Below are positions 47,463 through 59,000 of a DNA stretch of 64,000 nt, piece after piece; within the stretch, counting starts at the first letter, position 1; each line of letters starts with the position of its first letter. Source of the stretch: an uncultured Candidatus Micrarchaeota archaeon (GTDB taxonomy: Archaea; Micrarchaeota; Micrarchaeia; Anstonellales; Bilamarchaeaceae); the NCBI GenBank assembly GCA_963804385.1, contig CAWDQD010000009.1:80831-144830 (forward strand), read 5' to 3'. A program made the translations under genes and the position numbers. Under the pieces are notes generated by a model. That model saw only the letters and a program-made list of their open reading frames with translations, searched no databases and was not told the origin of the DNA.

Positions 47463-48908
47463 ATGAGAGATTCCAGGATCCTAGTGCCTCCCCAGCATCA
47501 ACCATCTGCAGTGCTGCAGCGGCTTACAGAACGATCCAGAGACAAACGGATGGCTGGAATCCCATCGCAGCCGATGCTGGACGCCTGGGGGCGCGGGCCA
47601 GAGGATAAAGTCCTGCCGCTCCAGCAAGAATTCGTGAAACATGGCTACACGATAATAAGCACTCTCGGCTACGGTGGCATGAGCGTGGTCTATGAGGCGC
47701 GTTGCAACACCAACAAACCCGTCGGCCTCAGGAAAGGTTCCCGTGTCGCGATCAAGGTGCTTTCAGAAATTCTGGCAGATGAGCCGAACAGCAGGACGCG
47801 ATTCATCCGTGAAGCGGACTTCATACGCAACCTGAAGCATCCCAACATGGTCGAGTTATTCGAGAGCGGGGAGATCCAGAAAAGGCCGTATTTCGTCATG
47901 GAATATCTGGATGGCGTCGATCTCGCCACCTCGTTGCTGGATGAATCGGATCACCCCATACAGCTTCCCGTGCCAGCCGCGCTTTACATAGCACGGGAAG
48001 TCTGCGAAGCGCTGAAATTGGCGCATTCCAAGGGCATCATACACCGAGACGTGAAACCAGGGAACATATTCATCGTGGGTAAACCCCTGGAGGTCGGTCA
48101 GGTCAAATTGTTCGATCTTGGTATCGCCACGATTGTCAATGAGGCTGCCGATCCAAAAGTCCGGATCACCAGGCAAAACACCACTGTGGGTACTCCGGCA
48201 TACATGGCGCCCGAGCTGATAGCAGGCTTGCCGAACCATGACCACCACGTAGATATCTACGCCTTGGGCGTCACCATCTACGAGATGATCAGCGGGAAAC
48301 TGCCCTTCGAGTCCAATCTGGGGCTTGAACTGATGGTCATGCATAAACTCAAGGTGCCTCCGCGTTTGAGTTCGGTGGCTCCGGGCGTCCCGGAAGTTGT
48401 CGACTCGCTCGTCATGAAGTGCCTCGAGAAAGATCCCAAGAACCGCTTCAACAACATGGCGGAATTGATCGCAGCCCTAGAATCATGCGGGGTCGAGCCT
48501 CGGCAGCCAGGTTCGCTCGATGACACCCAGGTAACTCTCCCTACGCTCGTATTCCAGATCCCCAAACGAAGAATCTCAGGGAAGCTCGTAGTAGCCGCTC
48601 TGGCCAGCGCCATAGCTGTGGGGTCGACATTCGCCATACGTCTTGAAAACCGCAGCGCGAGAGATGCTGTGCAAGACGGGAGCGTGTATTCCGCGAAAAT
48701 CGAGACGGATATCCCAGGAGTTTCAGTGATGGTCGAAGACACCTTGGATGACGGTACGCTCGTACAACGGATGCTCGGGATCACCCCTCTTGAAACCAAT
48801 ATCACAGGGGCTAAGACGATCTTCCTGGAAAAGGACGGGTACAAGCGCGTTTATTTCAGCATATCCTCGGACAATGGCAATGTATCCCATACGATGGAAA
48901 AGAGATAG
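47463..48908 (+). CDS. Hanks-type Ser/Thr protein kinase with TM helix and PEGA-like external domain
   Basis: LGYGGMSVVY, VAIK, RFIREA, HRDVKPGN, DLG, GTPAYMAPE, DIYALG; TM LVVAALASAIAVG; G.TPL...LEKDGY. Confidence 0.92.
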   Translation: MRDSRILVPPQHQPSAVLQRLTERSRDKRMAGIPSQPMLDAWGRGPEDKVLPLQQEFVKHGYTIISTLGYGGMSVVYEARCNTNKPVGLRKGSRVAIKVLSEILADEPNSRTRFIREADFIRNLKHPNMVELFESGEIQKRPYFVMEYLDGVDLATSLLDESDHPIQLPVPAALYIAREVCEALKLAHSKGIIHRDVKPGNIFIVGKPLEVGQVKLFDLGIATIVNEAADPKVRITRQNTTVGTPAYMAPELIAGLPNHDHHVDIYALGVTIYEMISGKLPFESNLGLELMVMHKLKVPPRLSSVAPGVPEVVDSLVMKCLEKDPKNRFNNMAELIAALESCGVEPRQPGSLDDTQVTLPTLVFQIPKRRISGKLVVAALASAIAVGSTFAIRLENRSARDAVQDGSVYSAKIETDIPGVSVMVEDTLDDGTLVQRMLGITPLETNITGAKTIFLEKDGYKRVYFSISSDNGNVSHTMEKR

Positions 48909-48909
48909 C

Positions 48910-49365
48910 TCAAAGATACCTGCGTATGATCTCGTCCGCCGCGACTTTGTTGATTTGATAGAGGTCATTAAGATGCTCTGCGGCCTCCTTGCCGTCCTTG
49001 ATGGCTAACGCGAGTAGGATGAACAGCCTCTCGAGATCCTCGCTCGTCTTCTTCTGCTCCATGAAATGCATGAGCTTGATGCCTTCCTGATACCTGCCGC
49101 TCATGTAGTACGCGCTGCCTGTCAGCACCGCGCATGCGAGCATGTCCTTGTCCGAGACCGCCTTATTTAACGCCCTGCTTCCCTCGTTCACGGCTTCAGC
49201 ATACAACCCGAGCTCGAACGCGGACCTGGAAAGGAGGAAATGGGATACCATCTCGTCCGGGAACCGCGACACGAATTCACCTGCCAGGCCGTGCGCCTTG
49301 TCGTACTCCTTGTTCTTGAGGTAGAAATCGATCTGCGCCACGCACCCCGCTTTTCCCAGCTCCAT
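48910..49365 (-). CDS. Small TPR-like helical-repeat protein
   Basis: TPR-like pattern (YDKAH, HFLLSRSAFELGLYAEA, GSAYYMSGRYQEG). Confidence 0.7.
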   Translation of the reverse strand: MELGKAGCVAQIDFYLKNKEYDKAHGLAGEFVSRFPDEMVSHFLLSRSAFELGLYAEAVNEGSRALNKAVSDKDMLACAVLTGSAYYMSGRYQEGIKLMHFMEQKKTSEDLERLFILLALAIKDGKEAAEHLNDLYQINKVAADEIIRRYL

Positions 49366-49417
49366 AACTGAGCAAGGCGTAGTTGCATTTAAATTTCTAG
49401 TTGTTGAAAGCGGCTAT

Positions 49418-49711
49418 ATGGAACAGCAGCTTTTGCAAGAGAAGCGCACTGCCACCCAGGTACCGAACGTTCTGGAGCGGTTCATGGATGGCTTAAGCAG
49501 CGTGGTGAACACGGTGCTGGGCCGAGCTCCGAAGAGCGATCCGGCCACACGGCAGGTCGTGAGCAAAGAACTGCGCGTCAGCAATCCTGGCCTGGCGAAC
49601 CAAGTGGAGAGATCCACGAGCGAGGTCCAGATATCCGGGTCAGGCCATTTCCAGCCCGCGAGGTCCACCACAGAGATCGTGGAGCCTACAGCAACCAAGA
49701 AGAAAAGTTAA
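49418..49711 (+). CDS. Hypothetical protein (orphan)
   Basis: 97 aa ORF with TTTAAAT about 28 bp upstream. Confidence 0.5.
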   Translation: MEQQLLQEKRTATQVPNVLERFMDGLSSVVNTVLGRAPKSDPATRQVVSKELRVSNPGLANQVERSTSEVQISGSGHFQPARSTTEIVEPTATKKKS

Positions 49712-49771
49712 AGCAACATCATTACGCTCTTTTAAACACTATTTAAAGATGTTTCCATCAACCATTTATGC

Positions 49772-50677
49772 ATGACGCTCACTCGCATCCATGCGCCCCG
49801 GCTCAAGGCAATCGGCATGCTGGCAGCCTTGGCATTCTCATGCAAAACCCCTGAGCATGAGGGTCCGCATGTCCGTTGCTATGATTATGGCAAGAATTCG
49901 CTGCATCTCTATGCAGAGTCGAAAAGCCATCAGAAAGGCGCAGAGCTCGGCAAGGAATTCGCGCTTGAAATAGCAAAGCTGGGTGTGGAGGGCGAACCGC
50001 TCGCTTACTCCTGCACATATGACGGTCATGTCATCTGGGTGACAAAAGATCGAGTAAGCATAAGGAAGGTATCCACAGACGGTCTCAACATATCGATCTC
50101 CAATGTTCTCGATGCCAAGCACACAGAACCTGACGAGTATTCGGTGCCTGGGACATCAGTGGTGAGCGCCAGCATATGGAGCAATCCAAATGCGCCCCTT
50201 CAAAGCATCACTGTGGCGACCCTGACGAGCAGCGGACTTTTCCAGGCCGCGAGATATTCACCGCTGTCGAGCGCGAAAGGCAAATCCGATCGCGGCATCC
50301 TGGATCTCAAGGCGATTAAACCGGAAAGCAGGTGGCCGGAAAGCCACGTGTCCGGTGGCGTCGTGTTCGCCATGGGCGAGGAGGAATTCGCGGTCGTTCC
50401 GCTCGGAGAGCGCAGGCTCGGGAATGTAGAGACCCATTATCACGTTCGTTTCGAAGGCAACATCGGCCAGAACTTGGCCTTCAGGCGCATGCTCGTGGAC
50501 ACCTACTGGCCCCAGCAGAGCGGCCACGGCCTCAAGAACATCTTCGCTGTTTCCGAGCCCATCCATTATGACGCCAGCAAAGGCGGGTGGGTGGTCAATC
50601 TCCTCGGAGAAGATGTCACTGGCAAAGTGACGCCTATCTTCACCACTCTGGAAATAATCAATCCTGATGTGAAATAA
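49772..50677 (+). CDS. Hypothetical lipoprotein-like protein (orphan)
   Basis: LAALAFSC lipobox-like N-terminus, beta-rich body, upstream TTTAAA boxes. Confidence 0.6.
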   Translation: MTLTRIHAPRLKAIGMLAALAFSCKTPEHEGPHVRCYDYGKNSLHLYAESKSHQKGAELGKEFALEIAKLGVEGEPLAYSCTYDGHVIWVTKDRVSIRKVSTDGLNISISNVLDAKHTEPDEYSVPGTSVVSASIWSNPNAPLQSITVATLTSSGLFQAARYSPLSSAKGKSDRGILDLKAIKPESRWPESHVSGGVVFAMGEEEFAVVPLGERRLGNVETHYHVRFEGNIGQNLAFRRMLVDTYWPQQSGHGLKNIFAVSEPIHYDASKGGWVVNLLGEDVTGKVTPIFTTLEIINPDVK

Positions 50678-50678
50678 C

Positions 50679-51236
50679 TCAATCCAATTTCTTCAATCCT
50701 TTCCACCAGGAACCCGAATCCATCCTGCCCATCTGCGCGTGGAGTTTTTTTGCGCTCTTGGTTTTCAATCTCTCCCCTATGCTCTTGATCCAGGTCTTTG
50801 CGCCCGCGTATCCGGAATCGGCGTATTCCTTGGCCTGGAAGGCGCACTCCAGGTAATCCGCGTCCTTCAATATCGTGTGCTCTTCCTCGGAAAGCTCTAG
50901 CGTACCTAGCACGGAATCCCGAAGCGACGGAGGCAAATCAGCAGCCTGCTCCTTCTCTACCTTGCGCCCTAGCTCCTCGCTTACATGTATATACCTGGCC
51001 GCTATCTTGTGCAGATCCCCGATGCGGCATTCCTGCATATCATGGAAGACCGCCGCTGTGCAGAGCCGGTTTTCATCCGCTCCCTCCATCTTCGCAAGAA
51101 TGAAAGCGAGTATCGCAGTCCGGAACGAATGGTCCCCAACGCTTTCAGGAGTCTCTACCTTCTCGGCCCACCATCCGCTCCTCTTCACGCGCTTGAGCAT
51201 GCCAGCCTCGAATATATATCTAGCGATGGATTCCAT
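50679..51236 (-). CDS. HD-domain phosphohydrolase (YfbR/HDDC2-like)
   Basis: LKRVKRSGW, ESVGDHS, FHD..E..IGD, DADYLE. Confidence 0.9.
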   Translation of the reverse strand: MESIARYIFEAGMLKRVKRSGWWAEKVETPESVGDHSFRTAILAFILAKMEGADENRLCTAAVFHDMQECRIGDLHKIAARYIHVSEELGRKVEKEQAADLPPSLRDSVLGTLELSEEEHTILKDADYLECAFQAKEYADSGYAGAKTWIKSIGERLKTKSAKKLHAQMGRMDSGSWWKGLKKLD

Positions 51237-51289
51237 GCGCTAACCTCCCGCGCATATTTTTTAACTCCTATCAGCGGAATATCATCCGA

Positions 51290-51847
51290 ATGGTACACGA
51301 GTTGAAGGCAGCACTGAGGAAAGAGATGCTTCTCAAGCGCGATTCCCTCCAGGCGCACGAAGCGGATACGATGAGCAATGCAATCGCGGAGCGCATAGCT
51401 ACGCACCCGCGTTTCAAGGAAGCGAAGGTCGTGGCATTCTACATCGCCAAGGGCAGCGAGGTCAGGACCCGCTCGATCATAGAAGCCGCGCTCAAGATGA
51501 AGAAAGAGGTCCTGGTGCCGGTGACCGGGGATCAGCACATAGACTTCTTCCGTTTCCATTCCTTCGAGGAGCTCGTCCCGGGCAAGTTCGGGATACCTGA
51601 GCCGAAGACCCATGATCCGGAGAACCGCTTAGAACCAGACATAATCATAATCCCGGGGATCTCGTTCGGGCTGTGCATGCACCGCCTTGGATATGGCAAG
51701 GGATATTACGATCGGTACCTTTCCAAATCTCCGGCGTACCGCATAGGCGTCTGCTTCGATTTCCAGATAGTGGATCGTCTCCCTACGCACGAGAACGACG
51801 AGAGGATGGACGAGATAATAACCGAGAAGCGGGTAATATCCTTATAA
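51290..51847 (+). CDS. 5-formyltetrahydrofolate cyclo-ligase
   Basis: K.ALR, SEV.T, FGIPEP, PG..F, RLGYGKGYYDR, IITE. Confidence 0.92.
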   Translation: MVHELKAALRKEMLLKRDSLQAHEADTMSNAIAERIATHPRFKEAKVVAFYIAKGSEVRTRSIIEAALKMKKEVLVPVTGDQHIDFFRFHSFEELVPGKFGIPEPKTHDPENRLEPDIIIIPGISFGLCMHRLGYGKGYYDRYLSKSPAYRIGVCFDFQIVDRLPTHENDERMDEIITEKRVISL

Positions 51848-51881
51848 AATAAACCTGAGAGTCAGGTGCAGAGGTGTCCAG

Positions 51882-52160
51882 ATGGAGTTTCATAGGACCG
51901 TTAAATGCTCAAATTGCGGCGGAGAAGCGAATTTCAACGTGACCAGCGACCTCGAGCTCAAGGAACTGGTATTGTCAGGAAAATGCAGGTGCGGAAGCAC
52001 GATCCAGGCGACCTATAATATCGTGTCCTCCAGCTCGCCTCCGTACGAGCCCCCGAAGACCCCGGAGCCTCCTTCGCCCACGCCGGACATCAACCTAGAC
52101 GAGAGCCTCTTCGGCGCAGAGATGCCGAGCGACACGCTCCGCGACATCATGGAAGATTGA
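51882..52160 (+). CDS. Small zinc-ribbon protein with a Pro/acidic tail
   Basis: CSNCG and CRCG pairs; GAGGTG SD. Confidence 0.7.
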   Translation: MEFHRTVKCSNCGGEANFNVTSDLELKELVLSGKCRCGSTIQATYNIVSSSSPPYEPPKTPEPPSPTPDINLDESLFGAEMPSDTLRDIMED

Positions 52161-52911
52161 GCTCTGCGACCGAGGATAGCACCAGCTCTGGCTTGAACGC
52201 CGCGCCTTCCAAGTCCTCTTTCTTCGCATTCCCGGTCAGGACCAGGCAAGATTTTATCCCGCACGCTTTGGCGAACGCCAGATCCGTGTCCAGCCCGTCC
52301 CCAACTAGCAGCACTTCATCCTTCGTGAGATGGCTCTCCTTCTTGATTATCTCGAATGCCAGCGTGTTCGGCTTCCCGACGACATACGGCCGACGGTCTG
52401 CCGCGAAGACTATAGCTTCCACGATCGAGCCTGCGCCCGGCAGGTCTCCGGTCTCGGTCGGGAATACATGATCGAGATTCGATGCGAGGAATACCGCCCC
52501 TTTTTTCAGGTTGAGGTAAGCTTTGGCTAGCTTGTCATAAGTGAAGTTCCGATCCAGCCCGACGGCCACGATATCGGCGTCTTCGGCGATCGGTATGCCT
52601 GCAGCTGCGAACTCTTCCGTGATGCCTCGCTCTCCGACGACATATACCTTCTTGCCTTTGTAATTGGTCGAGATGTATCTAGCGAGCAGGTACGCCCCTC
52701 CGATGACCTCCTCTTTCCTAGCAGCAAACCCCATCTTCTCCAGCTTCGCCGCGATGCCCGCCCTGCTCCGTGTGGCCGCGTTTGTCAGGAAAAAGATCCT
52801 CTTTCCGGATCTGCGCAGCCTTTCCAGCGCTTCCTTAGCTCCGGGAATGGGCGTTTTGCCAAGATATAACGTGCCGTCCAGGTCGAATACCACCGCCTTG
52901 AAAGTCCCCAT
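52147..52911 (-). CDS. HAD-IIA (NagD-like) phosphatase
   Basis: FDLDGTL, LTN, GKP, VGD.LDTD, LVLTG. Confidence 0.92.
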   Translation of the reverse strand: MGTFKAVVFDLDGTLYLGKTPIPGAKEALERLRRSGKRIFFLTNAATRSRAGIAAKLEKMGFAARKEEVIGGAYLLARYISTNYKGKKVYVVGERGITEEFAAAGIPIAEDADIVAVGLDRNFTYDKLAKAYLNLKKGAVFLASNLDHVFPTETGDLPGAGSIVEAIVFAADRRPYVVGKPNTLAFEIIKKESHLTKDEVLLVGDGLDTDLAFAKACGIKSCLVLTGNAKKEDLEGAAFKPELVLSSVAELNLP

Positions 52912-53024
52912 GGATTGTCTATTATCCGCGCCCTCTTATAATCTTTCCAGCCCGTTTATCTATATATTAGCAGGAATCCGGTCCTGCCGCATAGAATATA
53001 AATAATCGCTTCGGAAATGGTTCC

Positions 53025-56000
53025 ATGAAGGGAGACATCATATACGCAGCTACATTACTGTTAATCCTTCTTCTCCCTTCCATATCATTTGCGATAAGCG
53101 TGACTAGCTGCCAGAACATCACGTCGCCAGGATACTACCAGCTGACGAGCGATCTGGTCGGGCAGCCATTGAATTCTTCAGATGTATTAGATGGATCATA
53201 CGCCTGCCTCAGGTTGAACTCATCAGACATCATTCTGGATTGCAACGGCCAAACGATAACCAGCGACGATAATTCCGTGACCTCGATAGGCATCCTCACT
53301 GACGATTCCTCAGGGACCATATTCAACAATATCACGGTGGAGAACTGCGCCGTATCGAACTACTCCTATGGAATCTACGTGGGGGGGATCGAGAACAGCA
53401 CGGTCAGGAACAATACCGTAGCCTATCAATCGGGATTGGGTCTATGGGGTTTCTATTTCGATGGGAGCGTGACTGATGTCGACAATGTCACCGTGGCCAA
53501 CAATACCGCCGACTCCTATGACTCTGGGTTCTATCTCTCAGGGAACTTCGCAAACGATACCATTTCCGGAAACCTCGCGGAATACACCAACACTGGTTTC
53601 GTATTCTCAACCTCATACACTCAGAGTCAGCCCACAGATAACAGCATAATCAACAATGTCGCCAACGAAGGTGAGAGCGGTTTTGATATCTATAATAGCA
53701 TAAACGACACCGTAGCGAACAACGTCGTTTCCAATTCTAATTCGAATGGTTTCTCTGTAACTTCCCAGAACATGACGTTCACGAACAACACGGCAGTCAA
53801 TGGTTCGAATCTTTACCCCATAATCTACGGCTTCTATTTCCAAGGCACTGGCCTGAATGTCACAAATAACAACGCCGCCAGCTACCCATACGGCTTCATC
53901 ATCGAAGCGGCATCAAACAGCACATTCGATAACAATACCGCGTATGACGGCTACAATATCGGTTTCGATATATACGGCATCGGATACTCGAACATATCCG
54001 ACAACACCGCTTACAACAATTCCGGCGTGGGGTTCTCGGTGGATGAATATTATGCGCCTCTCTATAACAACATCTATTCGGGCAACAACGCCACGCAGGA
54101 CTCCACGGGTTTCGAGTTCTCTTACATAGGGCAGGACAATGTAACCGACAACACCGCTTACAACAATTCCGATATGGGATTCGAAATGAGCAATATGGAC
54201 ACCATCAATTTCACCAACAACACCGCCATGAACAATACGAACGCCGGATTCACGTTCTCCACTACAGCTTCGAGCCTGATCCTCAACAACACGGCGATAG
54301 GCAACTCCATCGGACTTTCGCTCAACGCGTCCGGCGGCAACTCCATCGACAACAACACCTTCCAGGAGAATGCACTCTATGACCTCTGGGTGAATTCGGA
54401 TTCGTGCGGGAACGATGTCTCGAACAACACCGGTTCCGGAAACAGGCCGATCATGTTCTCCGGTCAGCAGAGCGTCTCATTGTCTTCCGTAGACGCTTCG
54501 GAGGTTATCCTCTGCCAGGCGGACGGCTCGACCCTGGACCATGTCACGGCTGACGGTTCGGCCTCATTGAACAACAACGGCATATTCATCGTGGATACGA
54601 ACGGCGCTAATATCAGCTATCCTGTATCGAGCAACAACCGCTATGGTATATACCTGCTTTCGGACAGCGGCATCAACGTCACGAATGGGGTTTTCAACAA
54701 CAACCAATTCCACGGCATCTCGCTACAGGGCACGGACAGCAGCCTAATACAAGACAACACTGCGCAGAACAACGGTCAGTACGATGTTTTCGTGAACGCG
54801 TCATCCCCGTTGCAATGCACCAACGATATCAGCGGCACCATCGCCTCGGGGGGCAAGCCCATAGCGTACTACAACCAATCCACGTCATTGAGCGGGGACA
54901 ACAGCCACGCGGAGATAATACTGTGCGACGCCAGCTATTCATCCATAGACAATGTCGTGGTGCACGGTTCCAACAACGACGGCATGCTTGTCATCTCGAC
55001 CGATTACTCGAACATAACGAATTCCGTGTCATCGAACAATTACCTGGGCATGTCGTTCCTGTATTCCAGCTACAACAACATCAGCGGAGACACCACGGAC
55101 AACAACGTCGCCGACGGCATCCTGCTCGACCACAGCGATTACAACTCCCTCAGCGGGGATACCGAAACCGGCAATGGCGGCCTTCCTATCGACATCCTGG
55201 ATTCATACGGCAATCTCATCGGCAGCCCGATCCCGATCTCGAGCTGTTCGAACCTCACTTCCACGGGCTGGTATATATTGAACGCGGATCTGTCCATAAA
55301 CTCCACGAGCGACGCGTTAGAGTGCTTCAACATAAGCGCTTCGGATGTCGTGCTCGACTGCATGGGGCACCAGATCAACTATACAGGGAACTCAACCTCC
55401 GGAACTGCGGGCATCGTGCTCTCACCGGGTGTCATCGGAGCGAGCGTCCTCAACTGCAACGTCTTCAATTTCAGCACCGGCATCAGCGGGTCCGGCATAT
55501 CCTACAGCTCGTTCGACCACAACACCATCAACACCACCACGAGCGGAGGGGAAGGCATATACGCCACCGGGACCGGGATCACGCTCACCAATAACGTCGC
55601 AGTCTACACTTCAGGCGGGGGGTTCTCCATAACCAGCGATGACGCGCTCATCGACAACAATACCGCCCTCTTCGACTACGACGGGTTCGAACTCACAGGA
55701 AGCGGAGATACGGTCACCGGCAACATCGCGAATTTCTCCACCAACGGCGGCTTCTCGCAATCCGGGGACTACGCCCTCTTCGAGAACAACACCGTGGTCA
55801 ACAATTACGGGGGTTTCTATCTCTCGGGATATTCCTCGGAAATCACCAATAACACGGCCATCAACAACAGCCGCGAGAACTCGCAAGCGGCGTTCTATTG
55901 CGCGGAGGGTTCTAGCAACATCACCGACAACTACGGTTCAGGCAACATCATCGGCATCCTACTGCCAGGAAGCTTCTCCAGCAGCAACAATTACGTGCAA

Positions 56001-59000
56001 GGCAACGACATGTCGGGCAACAGCATATACGGCATCGATGTGGGGTCGTACTCGTTCTACAACAACATCACCGGAAACCTGCTGCAGAATAACGGGTGGT
56101 ATGACATTTTCGTGGATTCAAATGCATGCACAAACGACATCACGGATAACGTCGGGTCTGGAGGTCGGCCTATCAACTTCACGAACACGCCCGTATCCTG
56201 GTCCGGGTTGAGCGATTTCTCGGAGATCATCCTATGCCAGGCGGACGGCTCGACCCTCGACCATGTCACGGTGCCATCTAGCGGCCATGACGGCATTCTG
56301 CTCCAGCAGACCAGCAACTCGACCATTAATTTCTCGGTCTCCTCCGGCAATTTCAACGGCATCTATCTGGATGGCGGCGTCAACGACACCATAGTCAACA
56401 GCGTCTTCAATTCCAACTACAACGGCATCTCGCTCACCCAATCGGATTCGAATGTCGTTTCGAATGACACCGCCGACAACAACCAAAACGGTATCATGCT
56501 AACAGAGAGCACGGACAACACGATTGCGGGCAATGCCCAGGAGAACAACCAGTACGACCTCTTCGTCCACCCTGGCGGAGATGCCTATGGCTCTTCGTGC
56601 GACAACAACATAACCGGAGTCACCGGATCCGGCGGGAAGCAGGTGCTGTTCACCAATGTGACGCAAAACCTGCAAAACAACAATGCCTATTCGGAGATCA
56701 TACTCTGCGGGGCAAACAATTCAGTGCTGAACGGCGTGACTGTCAGCGGCTCGGCCTCGCTCAACAACAGCGGGATAGTGCTGATAAACACATTCTATTC
56801 CATAGTCAACCAGTCGACCTCGTCCAACAATTACAACGGCATATACCTCATCTATTCGGACGAGGACAACATAACGAACAACACGCTGACCGGCGATGTG
56901 GTGGGCGTCCGCTTCGATTCTTCGAACAACGACACCATAGCCGGCAACGTGATCAGCTCGAGCGTGGATACCGGCATCCTGTCCCCGGCCGGTTACCTGG
57001 ACAACCCCACGCACAGCTACTACCCGTTCCCAAGCAGCAATCTCTACGGCTCCCTCTATTCCACTTCCGGATCGTCGTTCTACGACGACATCCGCAACAA
57101 CAGCGTGACATCTAGCGGCATGGCAGGCATGTTCATAGCCGACACGGGAGCGAACCTCATCCGATGGAACATGGTCTCTGGCAGCGGGCAATACGGCCTT
57201 TTCGTGGACAATTTCAGGCCAGCGTACTTCTTCGATGATATCAACGTCCAATACAACTACACTTACGCATTCATCTCCAACAACACCATCACGAACAACG
57301 GATGGGACGGCATACGCTTCGATGGGCACGATTATGGCTATAACTGCAACGGCTTCGATTGCAGCTACGCCACCATAACCAACAACACCGTCGCAGGGAA
57401 CAACTACGGCATCTGGCAGACCGATGCAGATTACAATAATTATTCGAACAACAACGCCACCCTGAACCGCTACGACGGCATAAGCATCGACCAATCGAGC
57501 CGTTTCAACACCCTGGTCAACAACAGCGTCGCGAGCAACGGCTGGAACGGGATCGAGGTATACGACAGCGACCAGAACTTCGAGGCCAACAATACGGCGA
57601 GGAACAATACTCAGGACGGCTTCAAGCTCTTCGTCTATGCCAACAACAACGTCCTGGTGAACAATACAGCCTACAACAACTCCGAGAACGGCTTCAGGGT
57701 GGACGGCAATTCGACCAGCAACCAGCTGAGCTATAACAACGCCACGAACAACAGCAACGACGGCTTCCTGATATTGAGTAATTCCGGCGACAACACCCTT
57801 GATCACGACCAGGGCATAAAGAACAACAACAACGGATTCGAGATGATTGGCGCCGCAGCCTTCAACACGGTCTCGTTCAGCAATGCGTCGAACAACACCA
57901 ACAGCGGCATCTGGGTGTACCAGACCCCCCAGGCGTCTATCCTCAACAACAACGCATCCAACAACAAGAACGGCAACGGCATCGGGTTGGACGGCTCCAG
58001 CGCCAACCTGGTGAGCAACAACTACGTCTACAACACCACGAGCTCGGACGGCATACTCATAGGCTATGGCAGCAACTACAACGACATCTACAACAACACC
58101 GCGATCAAGGGCATATACGGCATCAGCATCTACGCCTTCAGCGACTACAACGACGCGGAGAACAACACCGTCTCCAACGCGACCTCCGACCGCGCGATGT
58201 CGGTCGGGGGCTTTTCCAACAGCAACACGGTCGTCAACAACGTCGTCTACAACAACTCGAACGGAGGCCTGGTCATCTGGGACGTCAGCACCAGCAACTG
58301 GCTCTACAACAACACGGCCTTCAGGGACGGGCCCTACGGCATCCGGGTGGATCAAAATTCGAACTCCAACCTGCTCCAGAACAACACGGTGTACAATACC
58401 TCCACGGCAGGCATCAACATCGACAACTCCACGGGCAACGTGCTGGTGGGCAACAACGTCTCGCGGAGCCCGCGCAACTATTACATAAGCAACAACAGCG
58501 CCTACACGAACATCACAGGCAATATCGCCTACAACAGCTCCAGCTACGATTTCAACATAGACAACTCCACCAACTGCGCGCTGTACAACAACACCGCCTC
58601 GTATGCGTTCCGCGGCTATTACATCTCGGGCGGCAGCAACTACACCAACATCACCTCGAACATCGCGTACAACAGCACGGGCCAGGGCTTCTTTGTGGAG
58701 TCGAACACGGCATTCGTCGTCCTGGACAGCAACTCCCAGAACATCGGTTTCGCGGGTTATGTGGTGGGTTCCAGCTACACGCTCATCAACAACAACACCG
58801 CCCGGAACGAGACGTACGGAGATGCGTTCGACGTCTCAGGCGGCTACGACAACCTGACCAACAACTACGAGCGCAACGACTCCGGCAACTACGTGTACGA
58901 TCTCACGGGGAGCGACCTGCTGATCGTGAACAACACGGCCTCCGCGAGCGGGGTGACCTACGCCCTCTTCCTTTCCAACGGAGTGAACAACACCTTCATA

